Positions 15,201 through 30,200 of a stretch of DNA of 64,000 nucleotides are shown here, piece by piece. The translations under genes and the position numbers were made by a program. How positions within the stretch are numbered: position 1 is the stretch's first letter; each line of letters starts with the position of its first letter. Location of the stretch: positions 6,448,001 through 6,512,000 of the forward strand of contig CM075981.1 in NCBI GenBank assembly GCA_038087875.1. Direction: 5' to 3'. Source of the DNA: Malacoraja senta. Lineage: Eukaryota. Below the pieces are notes generated by a model. The model was not told the DNA's origin. It was given only the letters and a program-made list of their open reading frames with translations, and ran no database searches.

Positions 15201-18200
15201 TGCAGCACTTTGTGTCCTTACATGCAGGACATGGATAGGTTATGCTGAAAGATGCAGGGCATATGTGGGGAGGCACGACTGATTCTTGAATAGACCATGA
15301 ACACCAGTATAGTGTCAACTGGCAAAAATATTAATTTGTACTTTAATATACTTAATTACTTCTATTCGCAGAATTTGAGTATGGTTGGAACAGAAATGTT
15401 CAAAGAAACAGGTTTATTCATGTCGCAGTAAAAAACAGAATGCCAGAACCCAAAAACACAAAATGATAAAAACACTCTGTTTAGGCAGTACGTTGTTTTT
15501 AAGAAGGAACTGCAGATGCTGGAAAATCGAAGGTACACAAAAATGCTGGAGAAACTCAGCGGGTGCAGCAGCATCTGTGGAGCGAAGGAGTTTAGGCAGT
15601 ATCTGTGAGGAAAGAAAGTGTTCTGAATCCGTGTTCCAGAAAATAAGATTTCATTACAGAAATGTTAACTATGCTTAGTACGCTGCATATTTCCACTGGT
15701 TTCCATTAGATGTTATTCCCTTTATCCTGTATCTGTACACAGTGGACGGCTCAAATGTATTCATGTATAGTCTTTCCACTGACTGGATAGAATGCAACAA
15801 AAAGCTTTTCACTGTACCTCGGTACACGTGACACTAATCTATAAATACTGCATGAAAATCTGCTTACACCCAGGGCGTCAGTCACATAAAATAAAACAAA
15901 TTGCTTGATTGCTTTCCCCCCCCCCCCCCAAATAAGTTCAGTGTTGGGGGCTATTTTAAATAAATGGGGTGACAACACAGATGCTTGTTATCACAGGTAC
16001 AATGTTGAGGGACTTTATGCAGTGTATTCAGTCCTTTACCCCAACATGTCTGAACCACGATGGAGCTGCAAGGGCAGAAAGTTAGAAGAAGCTGCAACTG
16101 ACTTTCAATTCTTTACTGACAAGTGCTTGCAATACACAGGCAAGCAAGGTGACCCATGAAGATATCACCTTTTCCCCCCCAATGAACCTGTAACATATGT
16201 TTTGTGAAAAGACCGACACAGCAGCCCTCAAGTTGTACAGCAGCGTCAGACAGTATTAAAAGGTCAACCTTCTGCAATGGGACCAAAGCGAGCCAAAGAA
16301 ACGTGCCACATCGACACAGTGAAAAAATAATGCTAAATCAAGCAATCAACAATGACTTGAGCATGTTTCTGCCCCCGGAAATGTGTTAGATTGCTCATAG
16401 TATGCGGTTGACATACTATGGTGTACATCCTCAATTGGCAGTGTCTTGTGCTTGGATTTTTCAACAAACAGTTTACGTCAACCACATTAGTGGAACTTTG
16501 GTCAGGCCAGATCAGACAAGCATCACATATAGTTTTTGTGCAAAGTACTTATGATAGATACAGAGTCATTATATATCATAACAAGTACTTTAATTTGTAT
16601 ACATACGGAGACCATCGAGATGAGTACCGTAGGCTCCCAATCGCAAGTTAAAACTAAAAACAACATGGCTGCCCGCATGCCACCAGGTGGTGGTGGAGTG
16701 TAAAACCCGACACGGATTTGGATCAGGTCATCAGCAGCAAAACCAGACACTGATCAAATCAGCAATACTGTTTGATCTACAGTCTTCAGAGAAAAACATT
16801 ACTGGATTACTGCTTTAATAATGCATGATGATTATTAGAATAGACAACGTTTAACTTCAGATTTCTACAACTTGAAGTTCAACGACACTGAGGTGATTAG
16901 AATGGAAGTGGATGAATATTCCAGACCCTCTATTGGTACAGTAACTTAAAAATCCTCCTAAAGCAAGCCCGATAGAAGAGCTAAATAACAGCATAATACA
17001 AACACTCAACATGAACAAACCTGTCGTAAAGAGGCAGCAAATGCTTCGTGTGAACTGTTGAGACGGGTGCGGAATTGACTACAAATGCTCTTCGCAAGTT
17101 TTGATGCACAAAGGCTCTCGATGGCATCCTGGGCGATTTTTCTTTTCCACTCGATGGTAATAGCTGGAGGATGGACCCAAGGCATCCTGTGTATAATCTA
17201 CAAATAGGGAAAAGGAGGAAAAAAGCTTTTGAGACTTTCCACAAAGAAACTTAGCTGCCATGATATGTCAAGACTTTCACATGGTAAATGACTCAGAAGT
17301 TGGAGTAGATGAATACCCAACAAATGGAATGAATACAAGTCAATGAGAGTCAAGAGTGTTAATTGGGACTGGGACCAAAACAATAAGAATCTCATGATGC
17401 ACCAAAACAGCAACAACTCTTGAACCATTTTGCTGTGTCCTCGTACAAGACCACCATGCCCGTAACTGAAAGACCTTGCCAACAACATCTTGGGCACCCA
17501 ATATAACATCATATATAACGATGTAACATAATTGGCTTGGAAAAATTGTAAATTGTCCCCAGTTTTGTGTAGGACAGCGTTAATGTGCGGGCATCGCTGG
17601 TTGGCGCGGACTCGGTGGGCAGAAGGGCCTGTTTCTGCGCTGTATCTTTAAACTAAACTCAATGCAAGTGTGACTGATACAGCTAGCAGCTATTGTCCGA
17701 AACACATGCTATGCCTTTAGAGAACAGGGAAAAGTCAAGCACAATGCTGTGGGTCTGGAGACGCAAGGCAGATCAGGTATGGTCAACAGATTTTCTTTCT
17801 CTGGCGCCATTACATGGGTTTTCAATCACAATTCTCAAGCTTCATGATCACTATTACCAAGGTCAGTTGAATTGCACGTAAACTGGGCAATCGTTTTGCT
17901 GAACACCGTCGCTCAGTCCGCCTGGGACTACGTGATCTCCCAGTTGAGAGAGGGAACTCTAGTTCTCCTGCTCGTTTCACTGTCTTCTTGATTAACTTTA
18001 CTGTTAGTATATCTCGTTGACACCTTCCCCCTCAGCCTACAATGAACCATTGTACATTTCCTTGATCAAGGTCTACTTTGATCTGTCCTTTTCACGTCAT
18101 ACATGATTTGTACCCTTCCATTTGTAGTTTTCCTCTCCCATGACTTTGTCTGAAGGGCCCCAACCAGAAACGTCACCCATTCTTTCTCTCTAGAGATGCT

Positions 18201-21200
18201 GCTTGCTGAGATACTCCAGCATTTTGCGTCTATCTTCGGCATAAACCAGCATCTGTAGTTCCTTCCCATACATGTAATTACTCAAATGGAAATGCTGCAG
18301 CTGCCCTTGTAGGATTCGCAAGTATATCTAATTGTACAAACCAATGCAAAAAAAAGTTTAAAATAGACAACACTGCTTGCTTAACGAATGTACTGATTTG
18401 AAATTAAAATATACACCAATCTAAATATTCATCTGGCAGTACATGAGGCATTTGGTGATTGGTGATCCCAAAGTAAGAGTTTTTCAACTTAAGGGAAATG
18501 ATAAAGGGAACAATATTTTTGTAAGGTAAAAGGTCATTTTAAAAGGTTAAGCCCCTGTCCCACTGTACGAGGCAATTCACGAGTTCTCCAGAGTTTTCCC
18601 CTGATTCAGACTTGGAGAATGTCTGTAGCGGGTCCGTAGGAGTTCGTGGATGTCTTGTAGCGGCTCGTAATGGCCATTTTTTTCATTACGAGTATTTTTT
18701 TTCCTTTTCCTAGTGGACATTTTTTACAGGGATGAAAAAACATCACGAGTTTACCGGATGTCCCGAGTACCTACTGTCAGCATTACGAGCCGCTACGAGA
18801 CATCCACGAACTCCTACGGACATTCTCCGAGTTCGAATCAGGGGAAAACTCGGAAGAACTCGTGAATTACCTCATACAGGGGTTTAATCAAGATATTATA
18901 GAGAAAAGGGACATCTGAATATCTTCTAACTCCTCTATTCTAACATAATACCGCCATCAGCAGAACGATTGTTTACCTGTTTGATCTGTTCCCAAAGTAG
19001 CCGGGATACGGTTGACCCAGAGTGGAATGTCACCTCAACATGATATGCAGCATTTAAAATCTGTAAAAATAGACACATCATTTACCACAATATTGAACAG
19101 TTAAAATGTTGTGTTCATTCCCTAGAACACAGATCAGAAAGTATACCGAGAAATGGAATGTTTCAAGAATAAGCCTCGGAAGAACAAGTGAACCTCTTGG
19201 TTTCAAAAAGGACAAAGTACTGAAGTATCTCAGTGGTAGACAAAAAAGCTGGAGAAACTCAGCGGGTGAGGCAGCATCCGTGGAGCTAAGGAATAGGCGA
19301 CGTTTCGGGTCGAGACCCTTCTTACATGAGGAAGAAGGGTCTCGACCCGAAACGTCGCCTATTCCTTCGCTCCACAGATGCTGCCTCACCCGCTGAGTTT
19401 CTCCAGCTTTTTTGTCTACCTTTGATTTTTCCAGCATCTGCAGTTCTTTCTTAAACAAAGTATCTCAGTGGGTCAGGCACCATTTCTGTAGAGCATGTAT
19501 ATGTGACGCTTACAATCGGGACCCTTCTTCGGGCTGGTGTAACTCGTGCTGCCTGACCCTATGCGGGGTGGCACATCAATGAATATGCCTCCACCACCCT
19601 TCAAAACGGTGTATTCTGAATTAATCATTCTGTGCAATATTTTCTCCACTTTCCCTCAGATTCAGTAATGTCAACCAGGAGTGGAGGTGGAAGCAGATAC
19701 GATTGTGGCGATTTTAGCTTCACAGATAGGCACTTGAATCTGTAGGGAATGGAGGGGGTGTCGATAATATGCAGGCAGACTAAATTAATTTAACCGGGGA
19801 ACATGCTCAGCACAGACATTGCAAGCCATAGGGCTTGTTCCTGTGCTGTACTGTTCGACGTACTCTTCTCGGTTACATAGCTATCTGATCCCCAAAACTC
19901 CCTGTCCAGAAACCATCAAGTTTCACAATGACTGCTGCAGCGCTGAAAATACTTGCTTGACCATCAGCTCTTCTGATCTTTTACCCACTTTTGACACACC
20001 TGCTTCAGGTGATTGCTGGCGACACTGTTCACAGCAGGATCCTGGTTGGATTTCTCCAGGCTCTTCAAGCAGCGCTCGAGGGTCCCCACAAAACTCTCCC
20101 GAAGGTAGTCGACCGAGCTGATGAGCTTATTGGCAACCGCCTGGTTTAAGCGGGAAATAATCAACTCCTGAATCTGTTTGATGCAGCACTTAATGTCCTT
20201 ATTGCCAACAGTCTCACCATTCTCAGAGATGATTATATCTGGGGGTGAAGTAGAGAAAAGGCATAAGATGAAAACTTAATCAGCAAAGTATTAGAAGAGT
20301 TCCAGAAAGTACATTATGTAAACGTGATTAGAGGTTACAGTTCATTTTAACAATACTATCGCTTAATTAAAAAGATGAGGAAACCCATTTAATCTACAAA
20401 ATTAGTCTCATAAATTGATCAGTTAAAACTAGTGATTCTGGTTGTAGGACAGAGAACCGAGTGGTGAAATTCTGTAAACGATCCGAATAAAGTCATCAAA
20501 GCATTGAAGAATGAAACACAATATGGCAAAGCTATTCAATCCTGTTCAGTGGGATAGATGCAGGATACTTCAAGTTCATCATTGGAGAAGCTTCTTGATA
20601 TGCACTTTCATTCCCAAATTTGGATTGCACATACAGTCCCTGATCTGCTGAGTTACTCCAACTTTGTCTTTTTTTTTTAATACATTCTTTAATATTGTTA
20701 TTGCATCCTGTGCCTTTGAACACTAGGTGGTGCTGCAGTTCATCCAAGTTTACACTACAGAACCAACTTCTCCAGCTGTCAATTTTTCTTCTTCCTCACA
20801 CAAAATTGGTCCCTGCAACTAATTCCAAATTGTGGGGGTGGTTAGTTCCTGCTACACTGCTTGGGGTGCACTTTTGCACAGTGTTTTCTCCTTGTGCAGT
20901 CTGCTGCTCAACAACTTGCTTTTCCTAAACGCTGGAGTAACTCAGCAGGACAGGCAGCATCTCGGAAGAGAAGCGATGGGTGACGTTTCGGGTTGACTCT
21001 TCTTCAGTCCGAGTCTGAAGAAGGGTCTTGACCCGAAACATCGCCCATTTCCTTCTCTCCAGAGATGCTGCCTGCCCTGCTGAGTTACTCCAGCATTTTG
21101 TGTCCATCTTCGGTTTAAACCAGCATCTGCAGTTCCTTCTCACACAACTTGGCTTTTCCTGCCTGTTCCCTTCCCAAATCTTTTTAACTTCTGCTTGTCT

Positions 21201-24200
21201 GGGTGGCTTATGGCTAATGACAAAAAAATGGCCCGATTCCCCACTGTATCTCGAAACGAAACGAATTGTTTGAATGGTTAAAATTTATGCTCTTCTTGTC
21301 CATTCGTATGGTTGTATGTTGACCACACATTTCACTGTACCAATTGGTACATGTGACAAATAAATGTATCTTGTATCTTGTCCAAGCAGAAGCGTTGCTA
21401 TTTGGATCAGTGGAAAAAACCGGCATGTTATTTAACAGTGCACCACCACTTGACAAGTTCAGCATTTTTAATGCCAGCTCGATATTATTCCTGACCAGTA
21501 TTGGCTTAGCAAGTGTACATCTTCATTTTTTTGCTTGGGATGAAATCCTTCTGCTCTGCCTTTCAAAGGCCCTCCCTCATAACCTGTTAAAAAAACATGA
21601 AAGGCACCCGAGATGGCACAGGAAGCAATCCAACAATTCTAAAGTCAGATTTTTCCAGAAAAGGTTTGCTGATTTGATGCTCCTGGAAGCAGCTGTGAAA
21701 GGGGCATGGCTCACAACTCTTGCTGCTGAATTCGCAAGATACACCAGCAAATCCTAAGCGCAGGATTAGATTTGTAAAGAAATAACACATCACTTGCCTC
21801 TAATACTCTACTACATGTTCAGTGATCCAATGACCTCTCCCAGGTAATGAGAAACACTGACATTAGTGTACATTGAATTTTCAGTAACCGCATCCATGGC
21901 TACAATTCCACTCGATGAGGTGTCACGCTGTTTCTGATGTAAAACAATCTTTGAGTTGATGCCCTTTAACAAGCTTAATTTCCAGGGATGCGCTATGCGG
22001 CACAAGGATATTTCAGGCAAAATGTCATTCAAATTAATAACCAAGGTTGACATTCTAAAATGCCGCAAGTGAGTACTGTTGCTGGAAGTGCCAGACGAGA
22101 AACCACCCGTCATCCTGAGGAGTACACATGAATTTAGTTTACAGATACAGCACAGAAAAAGGCCCTTTGGCCCACCGAGTCCGCACCGACCAGCGTTCAT
22201 CCCGGACACCAACACTATCCTACAAACTGGTGACATTTTCCAATTTTGCTGAAGCCAATTTACCTACAGACCTACATGTCTGTGGAGTGTGGGAGGAAAC
22301 CAGATCACCCGGAGAAAACCCACGTGGGCCACAGGGAGAAAGTAAGACAGCACCCGCGGTCGGGATTGAACTCGGGTCTCCGGCACAGTAAGGCATCAAC
22401 TCTGCCGCTGTGCTTCCATGACGCCCTAACGGCGAATGTTGAAGTCTGTATCAGCACTATTTGTGGAGAAGTTGGTTCTTCAAAAAAAAAAAAGAGGACT
22501 GGTATTTTCTCAATGGGCTTGTAGTGTTGCTGTGTCAGTTGCATTATCCTTGAGGACTGACGGGTCACTAATCTTGGCTTAGAAGCAACCAAACATTGCA
22601 TTTTAAATCAAGTAAATATTTCAAATTACTCTTCATACAAAGTCAAGCCTGGATGTTTTTAATAATACTCTTATATAATACTCTAAATTCTTCCGTTGAG
22701 CATGCTGTGAAAGGTGACGCTCTATGATTATACATGTTGCTGGCAGTGAACGTCTGAAATGCACCACCAGCCTCAGGAACTAATAAAGGCAAATCAAAAT
22801 ATCATCTGGCAAAGCAATCTCATCAATTTTTCATAAACCAATTTCCATGTTAATTCATTTTGGGTATCGTATCGTTGGCATAGTGACAGGATGAAGCCGC
22901 AAGATGACTAAAAAAAATTCCAATCTATTCCCATCTTTTCTTAGAAAAGATGTCTAACACATTGGGTCTTTCCTATTCCATTTCAAGTAATAAAATATTT
23001 TAAAACATTTATTCTTCAGGACTAAGTGGATTGCATGCACAATTTCAAAAACCTTGAGTTTACTCATTTCTAATTCCCACATTTGGTTTGTCAACCAATG
23101 CCCACTTCCCTATTCAAACCAGAGAAACATTCTGTCTATATAGTAGCAAACTCACTCCATTCATGACCGACGCAAAACAAGGCCTAGGTGCAAATCAATG
23201 AAGTCTGTGTAACTTTGGACATGGTTTCACAGCACCTCCGGTGAATCCAACAGTATTAGCATGATGAAACCAGAGGAGCCATACTCGCACAGACAAAGTG
23301 CGAGTGTAACTGGGTCGGTAGGTTATGTTGCGGGTTGGAACCCTTCTTCAGACTGAAGTGCGCTTCCTCAGCCGGCTGAAGATTGGTCCTGACCTGAAAT
23401 GTCCAGACTGTAGTCCTGAAACGATACCCATCCACCTTCTCCAGATGTGCTGCCTGACCTGCTGAGTTACTCCAGCACATCTGGCACACCAGAATTTACA
23501 GTTCCTTGTTTCTCTGTGCCGACACCCTGGTCTGAGGAGGCAAGCTGCAAAATCAAGGTCAACTTCAGAGGTGGATTTTACACTGCAGTACTGCAGACAG
23601 ATGCATGTTCGCACTGACATCCCTTTCAGGTAATGAGGAGAGTCTAAAAATTGCCTTGTGAAGGAGAGCTTGCCCCGGCACCAACGAAAACTAGTCATAA
23701 ACCATTAGTTTCAGCAATATTTAATGCTCTTAATGGAGTTTCCCCATTTAACAGACTTGTGAAAATGAAGCTGCAATGCATCTTTGAAAAAAAATCAAGA
23801 AAGGAATTGCAGGCACAGCAATTTAGCTTAAATAAAAAACTGGAGACGAATAGAATTGTTTATTACTGCGCATCTCTCCAGTTCAGGAATTCTCAGAATT
23901 ACAATAAAATTCAACCCAGAATAGATGAAACCCAACCCTTGTACCAATCATATTGTACAGATTACTCCAAGTTCCTATCAAATATGCTGTTTTGAGGCTA
24001 CAGACACACCCTTTGAATCTCAGATCAGTTTCTTATCCAGTGTGTAAGAAGGAACTTCAAATGCAGGTTTACACCAAAGATAGACCCAAAATGCTGGAGT
24101 AACTCAGCGGGTCAGGCAGCATCTCTGGAGAAAAGGAACAGGTGACGTTATGGGCCGGAACCCTTCTTCAGACCGAGTCGGGGGAGAGGGAAACTTAAGA

Positions 24201-27200
24201 TAACAGGTACAAAGTACAAATGAATGAAAGGTATGGAAAAGGACAAATCAAAGAAAGGTGAAGCCGACAATGGACCATTGTGGGCTCCACCTTTCCTCGA
24301 TTATCGTGCTGGCTTTGATTTGTCCTTCTGCATACTTTTCACGTATTACTTATTTGTACCGCTTCATATTTTCAGTTTCCCTCTCCTGACTCAGTCTGAA
24401 GAAGGGAGTTGACCCAAAACATCACCCTTTTGTTTTCTCCAGAGATGCTGCCCGACCTGCTGAGTTACCTCAGCATTTTGTCTCTTTCTCTCTCGTTTAG
24501 TGTTTGTGTCAAACTGAAAGCTGCCACTAGAGGGCGTTCGTCAACAAGCTAAATGGGAAGCAGCAAAGTAATGGCTCACAACATCAAGTGTGGCAGTGGA
24601 AGGTTGAGTCAGTGCAGGTGCTGTGGCAGTAATGAGAGGCTGGGGGAGACTGGGATATCCTTAAATTTAAAAGTAAATTACCCCCACAAAATAAAGCAAA
24701 CAGGCAGATGCTGGTTTAAAAAAAAGATACAAGTGCTGCAAGTCAAGCAGCATCTCTGAAGAACATGGATAGGTGGTGTTGCAGGTTGGAACCCTGAAGA
24801 CTGCAGTGTGAAGAGGGGCACCCACCAAATCAGCCACTTAGACAGCTTGTGGGTTGAACTAGAGCATGGGTTGTATTGTGCACAGCTGTGCTAGTAATTC
24901 AGCACTTATAAGCTGTATAGATCATTTATTTTTTTTAGAGATACACAGTGCAGAAACAGGCCCTTCGGCCCATCGGGTCCTCTCCGACCAGCAATCCCCG
25001 CACATTAACACTATTCTACACCCACTAGGGACAATTTTTACATTTACCAAGCCAATTAACCTACAAACCTGTACGTCTTTGGTGTGAAGAAACCGAAGAT
25101 CTCGGAGAAAACCCACGCAGGTCACGGGGAGAATGTACAAGCTCCTGTGCAGACCGCACCCGTACTCGGGATCGAACCCAGGTCTCCGGCGCTGCATTCA
25201 CTGTAAGGCAGCAACTCTACTGCTGTGCCACCATGACCACCACTTGCACCAAATTTAGAATTGAAATGAAGAAAATGCTGGTAAAATCCAGCAGGCACAG
25301 AGTATTCAGAAGGAAAATTTCACTGTCAGATGATTCAAGATGATGGGAAGGACCTTACATTGGGGAGGGAGAGAGAGGAGTTGTTAGAAGGACTGTTTGT
25401 TTGGTTTGGAGATAGTGTTGAAAAAGGCCCTTCGGCCTAGCGAGTCCATCCCGACCAGCGATCCCTTCACACTGTACTAAACACACTAGGGACAATTTAC
25501 ATTTATACCAAGCCAATTAACCTCCAAACCTGTACGTCTTTGGAGTGTGGGAGGAATCCGGAGCACCTGGAGAAAACCCACGCGGTCTCAGGAAGAATGG
25601 ACAAATTCCGTACAGACAGCACCCGAAGTCAGGATCGAACCCAGGTCTTTGGCGTTATAAGGCAGCAACTCTACAGCTGCACCACCCAAGCCGGGCAATA
25701 AATGAATCTTTGACAAAGTAAACGAAAGGATTGTAAATGATCTGCCATTCATGAAATGATTCCCTCCGTTGATTGATTAGTCACTGACTCAATTTTTACT
25801 TTATTGTAATTTTTGCCCATGTCTTTATCAACTGATTCAGGACAAGGTCTGTGATGCCGAAATCAACTCAAATATCCAATTTGTTATAAACACCCTCTTA
25901 TATCCTCAAACAAAGTTTCTCTTTTCCAATCAGACATCAATTCTTTACCAATTTACCATTGTATATGCAGGATGAGATATAGTACAAGGCTAGATACAAA
26001 GAAGATGTAGCAAGAATCCTAAAACAATTCGTTAGTTTTTAAATGAACACATTATCCAAGCTACCTCAAAGAAATATCTAAGATAGTAAGTGAAATTAGC
26101 TAGGAAATTAGCAGACACACAAGGAACTGCAGATGCCGAGATCTTGAGTAAAACAAAGTGCTGGAGGAACTCAGTGGGTCACGCAACATCTGCTGGGGAA
26201 ATGGACAGGCGATTGTTTAGGTCAGGACCTTTGTTCAGATTGATTGAAGGGGGGTGGGTGAGGAGAGAAAGAAGAAAGAGGTGGGGTGGGACAAGGCCTG
26301 GCAAGTGATGGGTGGATACTGGTAAGGTGGGGGGGGGGGCTTTGATTGCAGACAAGTGGAATAAGTGACAATAGCTGAAGGTGAGAAGGAGACAAAAAGA
26401 GCATCAGATAACAAGAGGCACAATATTAGCCAGAGGGAGGAATGTGGTGGAAGGTGACAGGTGGGAGATGTTTGGGAGGGGAGGGTGCGGCAATAGTGGG
26501 GAAATTAGGAACGGATGAACACCAGTTAGCCAAGTAAGTAAACTTGAAAACTGATAACATCAATATACAACCCCCCCCCCCTCCCATTTAGTCAGTATGA
26601 CAGAGATTGATTGAACACAATTGCTCCGTATATCAACAAGGCAAATCACAAAATAATAATGCTTTTAAGAAGCTGCTGTTTAATTAATTTCAACAACCAG
26701 ATATGCAAGAGGCTTTGTATTGGGGAAGGGTATGAAGGAAACTTGTAACATTAATAATTATTAAAAAGTAACCCGTTTATGAGAAAAGTGGAATGGAAAA
26801 TAAGTAGTTTCATTCTACGAAGAACACCAAACAGCAGGTCAGGCGTCTGTGACTTCTTGTGTCCCTCATCTCATCCAATGCTTGCCAAACATATTTTTAG
26901 GACATCGTATGGAGAATGCTCACTACATATTAATACACGATTGTGACAAAGAGAAGTTAGTTAAAGGAATCTTGTCTTCTGTTGAAGCATTACAAATGTC
27001 TGTGCTGACCCAGTCACTGCCCAGCCTCCAATGTCACCCATTACATCAGATCACAATTATCAACAGCAAGAGAAATCTCATCAGCATTTAGCATTGAAGC
27101 AAAAAAATAAGATAGACTCACATCAGTGGCCGGCATTAATCAAAATACTTTTAACAGGTAAATCTCACCTTTGAATTGTACATTTGCTGCCTCCTCTAAA

Positions 27201-30200
27201 AGTTCCTCCTTCATGCCGCACAGAGTCTCGACAATCATGTCTCTCATTTCCTCCTGCTTCCTGTTTGCGATGCTCATCAGGGACTGGTACAACTCATTCT
27301 CCTTGTCTCTGGTGTATTCCAGCCTCTTAGGAGTAATCTGCAGGTTCCGCTGCATGTCGAAGGCCTGGTTGATGAAGATGTCCAAGCAGCGACAGTGGAC
27401 GCCGTTCAGCACAGTCGCTGCATCAATGAGGTGCATCTGCACCACCTGCTTCGCAAAGACGCCCAGCTGTTTTAGTTTGTCGAAGTGTTCCACCAACGCG
27501 CTTGGGGCTTTGTTGCCGTGGGATATTCCACCCCCCGTCGGGCTTAGGTATTCCAGCTTTGCCAGCTGACGGTAAAGGGGGCTCTTCTCTTTTTCAGTCT
27601 TCGAACCTTTCACTTGGTGCTCCTTGTCTGGTCCAGAGTGTGGCTCCGAGTTGTGACCAGTCAATTGTTTCGGCACTTTGATGAAAAAAACGGGTAGGGC
27701 GTGTTTCCTCTTCAGGTCCTCCAGCTCAGCTTCTTCACAGTCTGTCAGACGGTCCTCGCTGATGGCATAGACAATTATTGGCATGGAGCGTCTCAAACAG
27801 TCTTCTAATGTGCCACCTTCCGCCTGGGTTTCATGACATGGAAGAACTAGAATATCCATTTCCTAGAAAGGAAACTCAAAGTTAGAAACATGATATAAAA
27901 CACAATTATTTTATTCAGAAGCATACTCAAAGGGACAAGAGTTCATGCCCCAATGCAGAGTCAGGATAACAAAACAGCCTGGCTTCAGATCAGCTCCATC
28001 CAAGACTGCAGGAAATTGCAGAGTTGTGGACGTAGCCCAGACCATCACGTAAACTAGCCTCACTTCCAATGACTCCATCTACACTTCTCACCGCCTCAGC
28101 AAGGCCACCAACAAAATCAAGGAGCAGTCTCACCCCGGCCACTCCTTCTCCCCTCAAGCAAGAGGTACAGAAGTACAAAAACACACCCCCAGATTCAGGG
28201 ACAGTGTCTTCCCTGCTGTAATCAGGCAACTGAATCATCCTCTCATCAGCTGGAGTGCAGTCGTGACCTCCAATATGCCTCACGCAAAACATTTGAACTG
28301 TCTGTAATTGAACTTGATCTTGCACTAAATTTTGTACTCTTTATCTATATACGGTGGACGGCTTGATTGCAATCGTGTATAGTCTTTCTTTGATTGGATA
28401 GTGCGCAAACAAAAGCTTTTCATTACACCTCAGTACATGTGACGATAATAAACTAAAACTAAACACTTTGAGACATCCATCGACAGCTTTAGCTTTCCAA
28501 ACATGAATTTTTAAACCAGAAGAATGCATTGATGAAGTCAAAGACCTGTACTGCAATGAAGTGCTGGATACCTGCAATATGCCACGGCAAGGAATGAATT
28601 GAGGTACAGATGATACTGGCGAGGGATTCAATACTTGAGAGTTAGAGATAAAAAACAAGGCCGGTGGTATTGTAACGTTTTTTTCATATTGAAGCATGTA
28701 TCCAGAAAAAAGTAATCTCTGGATCATGTACATAAAAGTTCTTGGAAGTTTTGGTAGCTCGAATTGCACCTGAGAATAATGGAAACCCACTTTGGCTTTG
28801 AACTTTGTCAGTGTCCACTGTATTACAGCCGGAGGATCTCACAATATCACATATTGGGCACAACCCTGTTAGTCCATTGAATATGACAAATGGGCCCACT
28901 TTGAGTTAGAAAAAGATTAAACCACAAAATTACTGAGCTGATTGTTGAATTAAGCCCTTTTGGGAACGTTTGCAATTACCGCTCTTGCACGAACAGTAGT
29001 TGCATTTACAATTAGTTAAAACAGAGGATTTTGGAACCTCGAGTGCTGCAGAAATAAAATTCATCCCAAGGACACACCCAATTCTATTCCAGATATGTGG
29101 AAATTTCCTTTACCAAAAACAATAATCTGCTTTTACATTGCCCCCAAAATACAGCCAAGTTGCACGTTAGTTATCCTGTGTCTCTGAAGTTTAAGACCTC
29201 TGTAATGTCTCAGCACATCTTGTCTGTAGGATTTCATACAACCAATTACACCATTCCACAAAATCTTAACCAAAGCTTGAAACCAAATATATTCCTGTGG
29301 ACAAGATGTGCTGAGACATTATGCAGGTCTTAAACTTCAGAGACACAGGGTAACTAACATGCAAAATCTCAGAAAGATTTCATTGTTACATTGTTTTAAT
29401 CTGGTTCTCAAATGTACTTAAATTGTGATAACTGCAAGGAACTGCAGATGCTGGTTGATACCAAAGATAGGCACAGAGTGCTGGAGTAACAGCAGATCAG
29501 GCAGCACCCCTAGAGAACATGGATAGGCGATGTTTCAGGTTGGAACCCTTCCTCAGACCACCAGGTCTGTCCATCTTCTCCAGGGATCCTGAGTTACTCC
29601 AACACTTTGTGTCTACTTAAATTGTAGATTTTTTTGAATGCTTCTATGAGTACCTGGCATTTAACATGACCTGTGTTTGAACAAACTGCAGATGCTGGTT
29701 TACATCAAAGATAAACACAAATGGAGCAACTCAACATTTTGGGTCGAGACCCTTCTTCAGTGACATGACAGGTCATTTAACATGACCTGCTGGGCCTTGT
29801 GTTCCCACCAACACTGTCCACTAGTGTTGGGACCATTCGCCAAATTCAAAGACTAAAGAGCTTTCGTCTCTCAAACCTATTCTGCAGCTGGAATTGAGGA
29901 ACCAGCCCATTCTGCTTCTAATAAGACTCCATTGCTACTCTTGGCCTACAGAATCCAGACAACTGTCATGCAACCCAATCCCAATATAAAAAGGGTGTAA
30001 AATTAATGAGGGGAGTGAAGTAGAAGAACTGTACCTGTATCCTATTAAGGATGCAACACAGAGATTAAATACAAGTGCCTTGGGAAACGTATTTGAAGTG
30101 TGATGGAAGAGGAAGTGGACACTCCACACCAGTTGTTTTGAGCAATGCATTTCCAATCTGTGCCACCACAAGAGGAAATAAAGCAAGCTTTTTTGGAATG

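Noticed and set aside
27171-27569. 132-aa plus ORF
   Set aside because: Antisense shadow of DSTYK exon 3.
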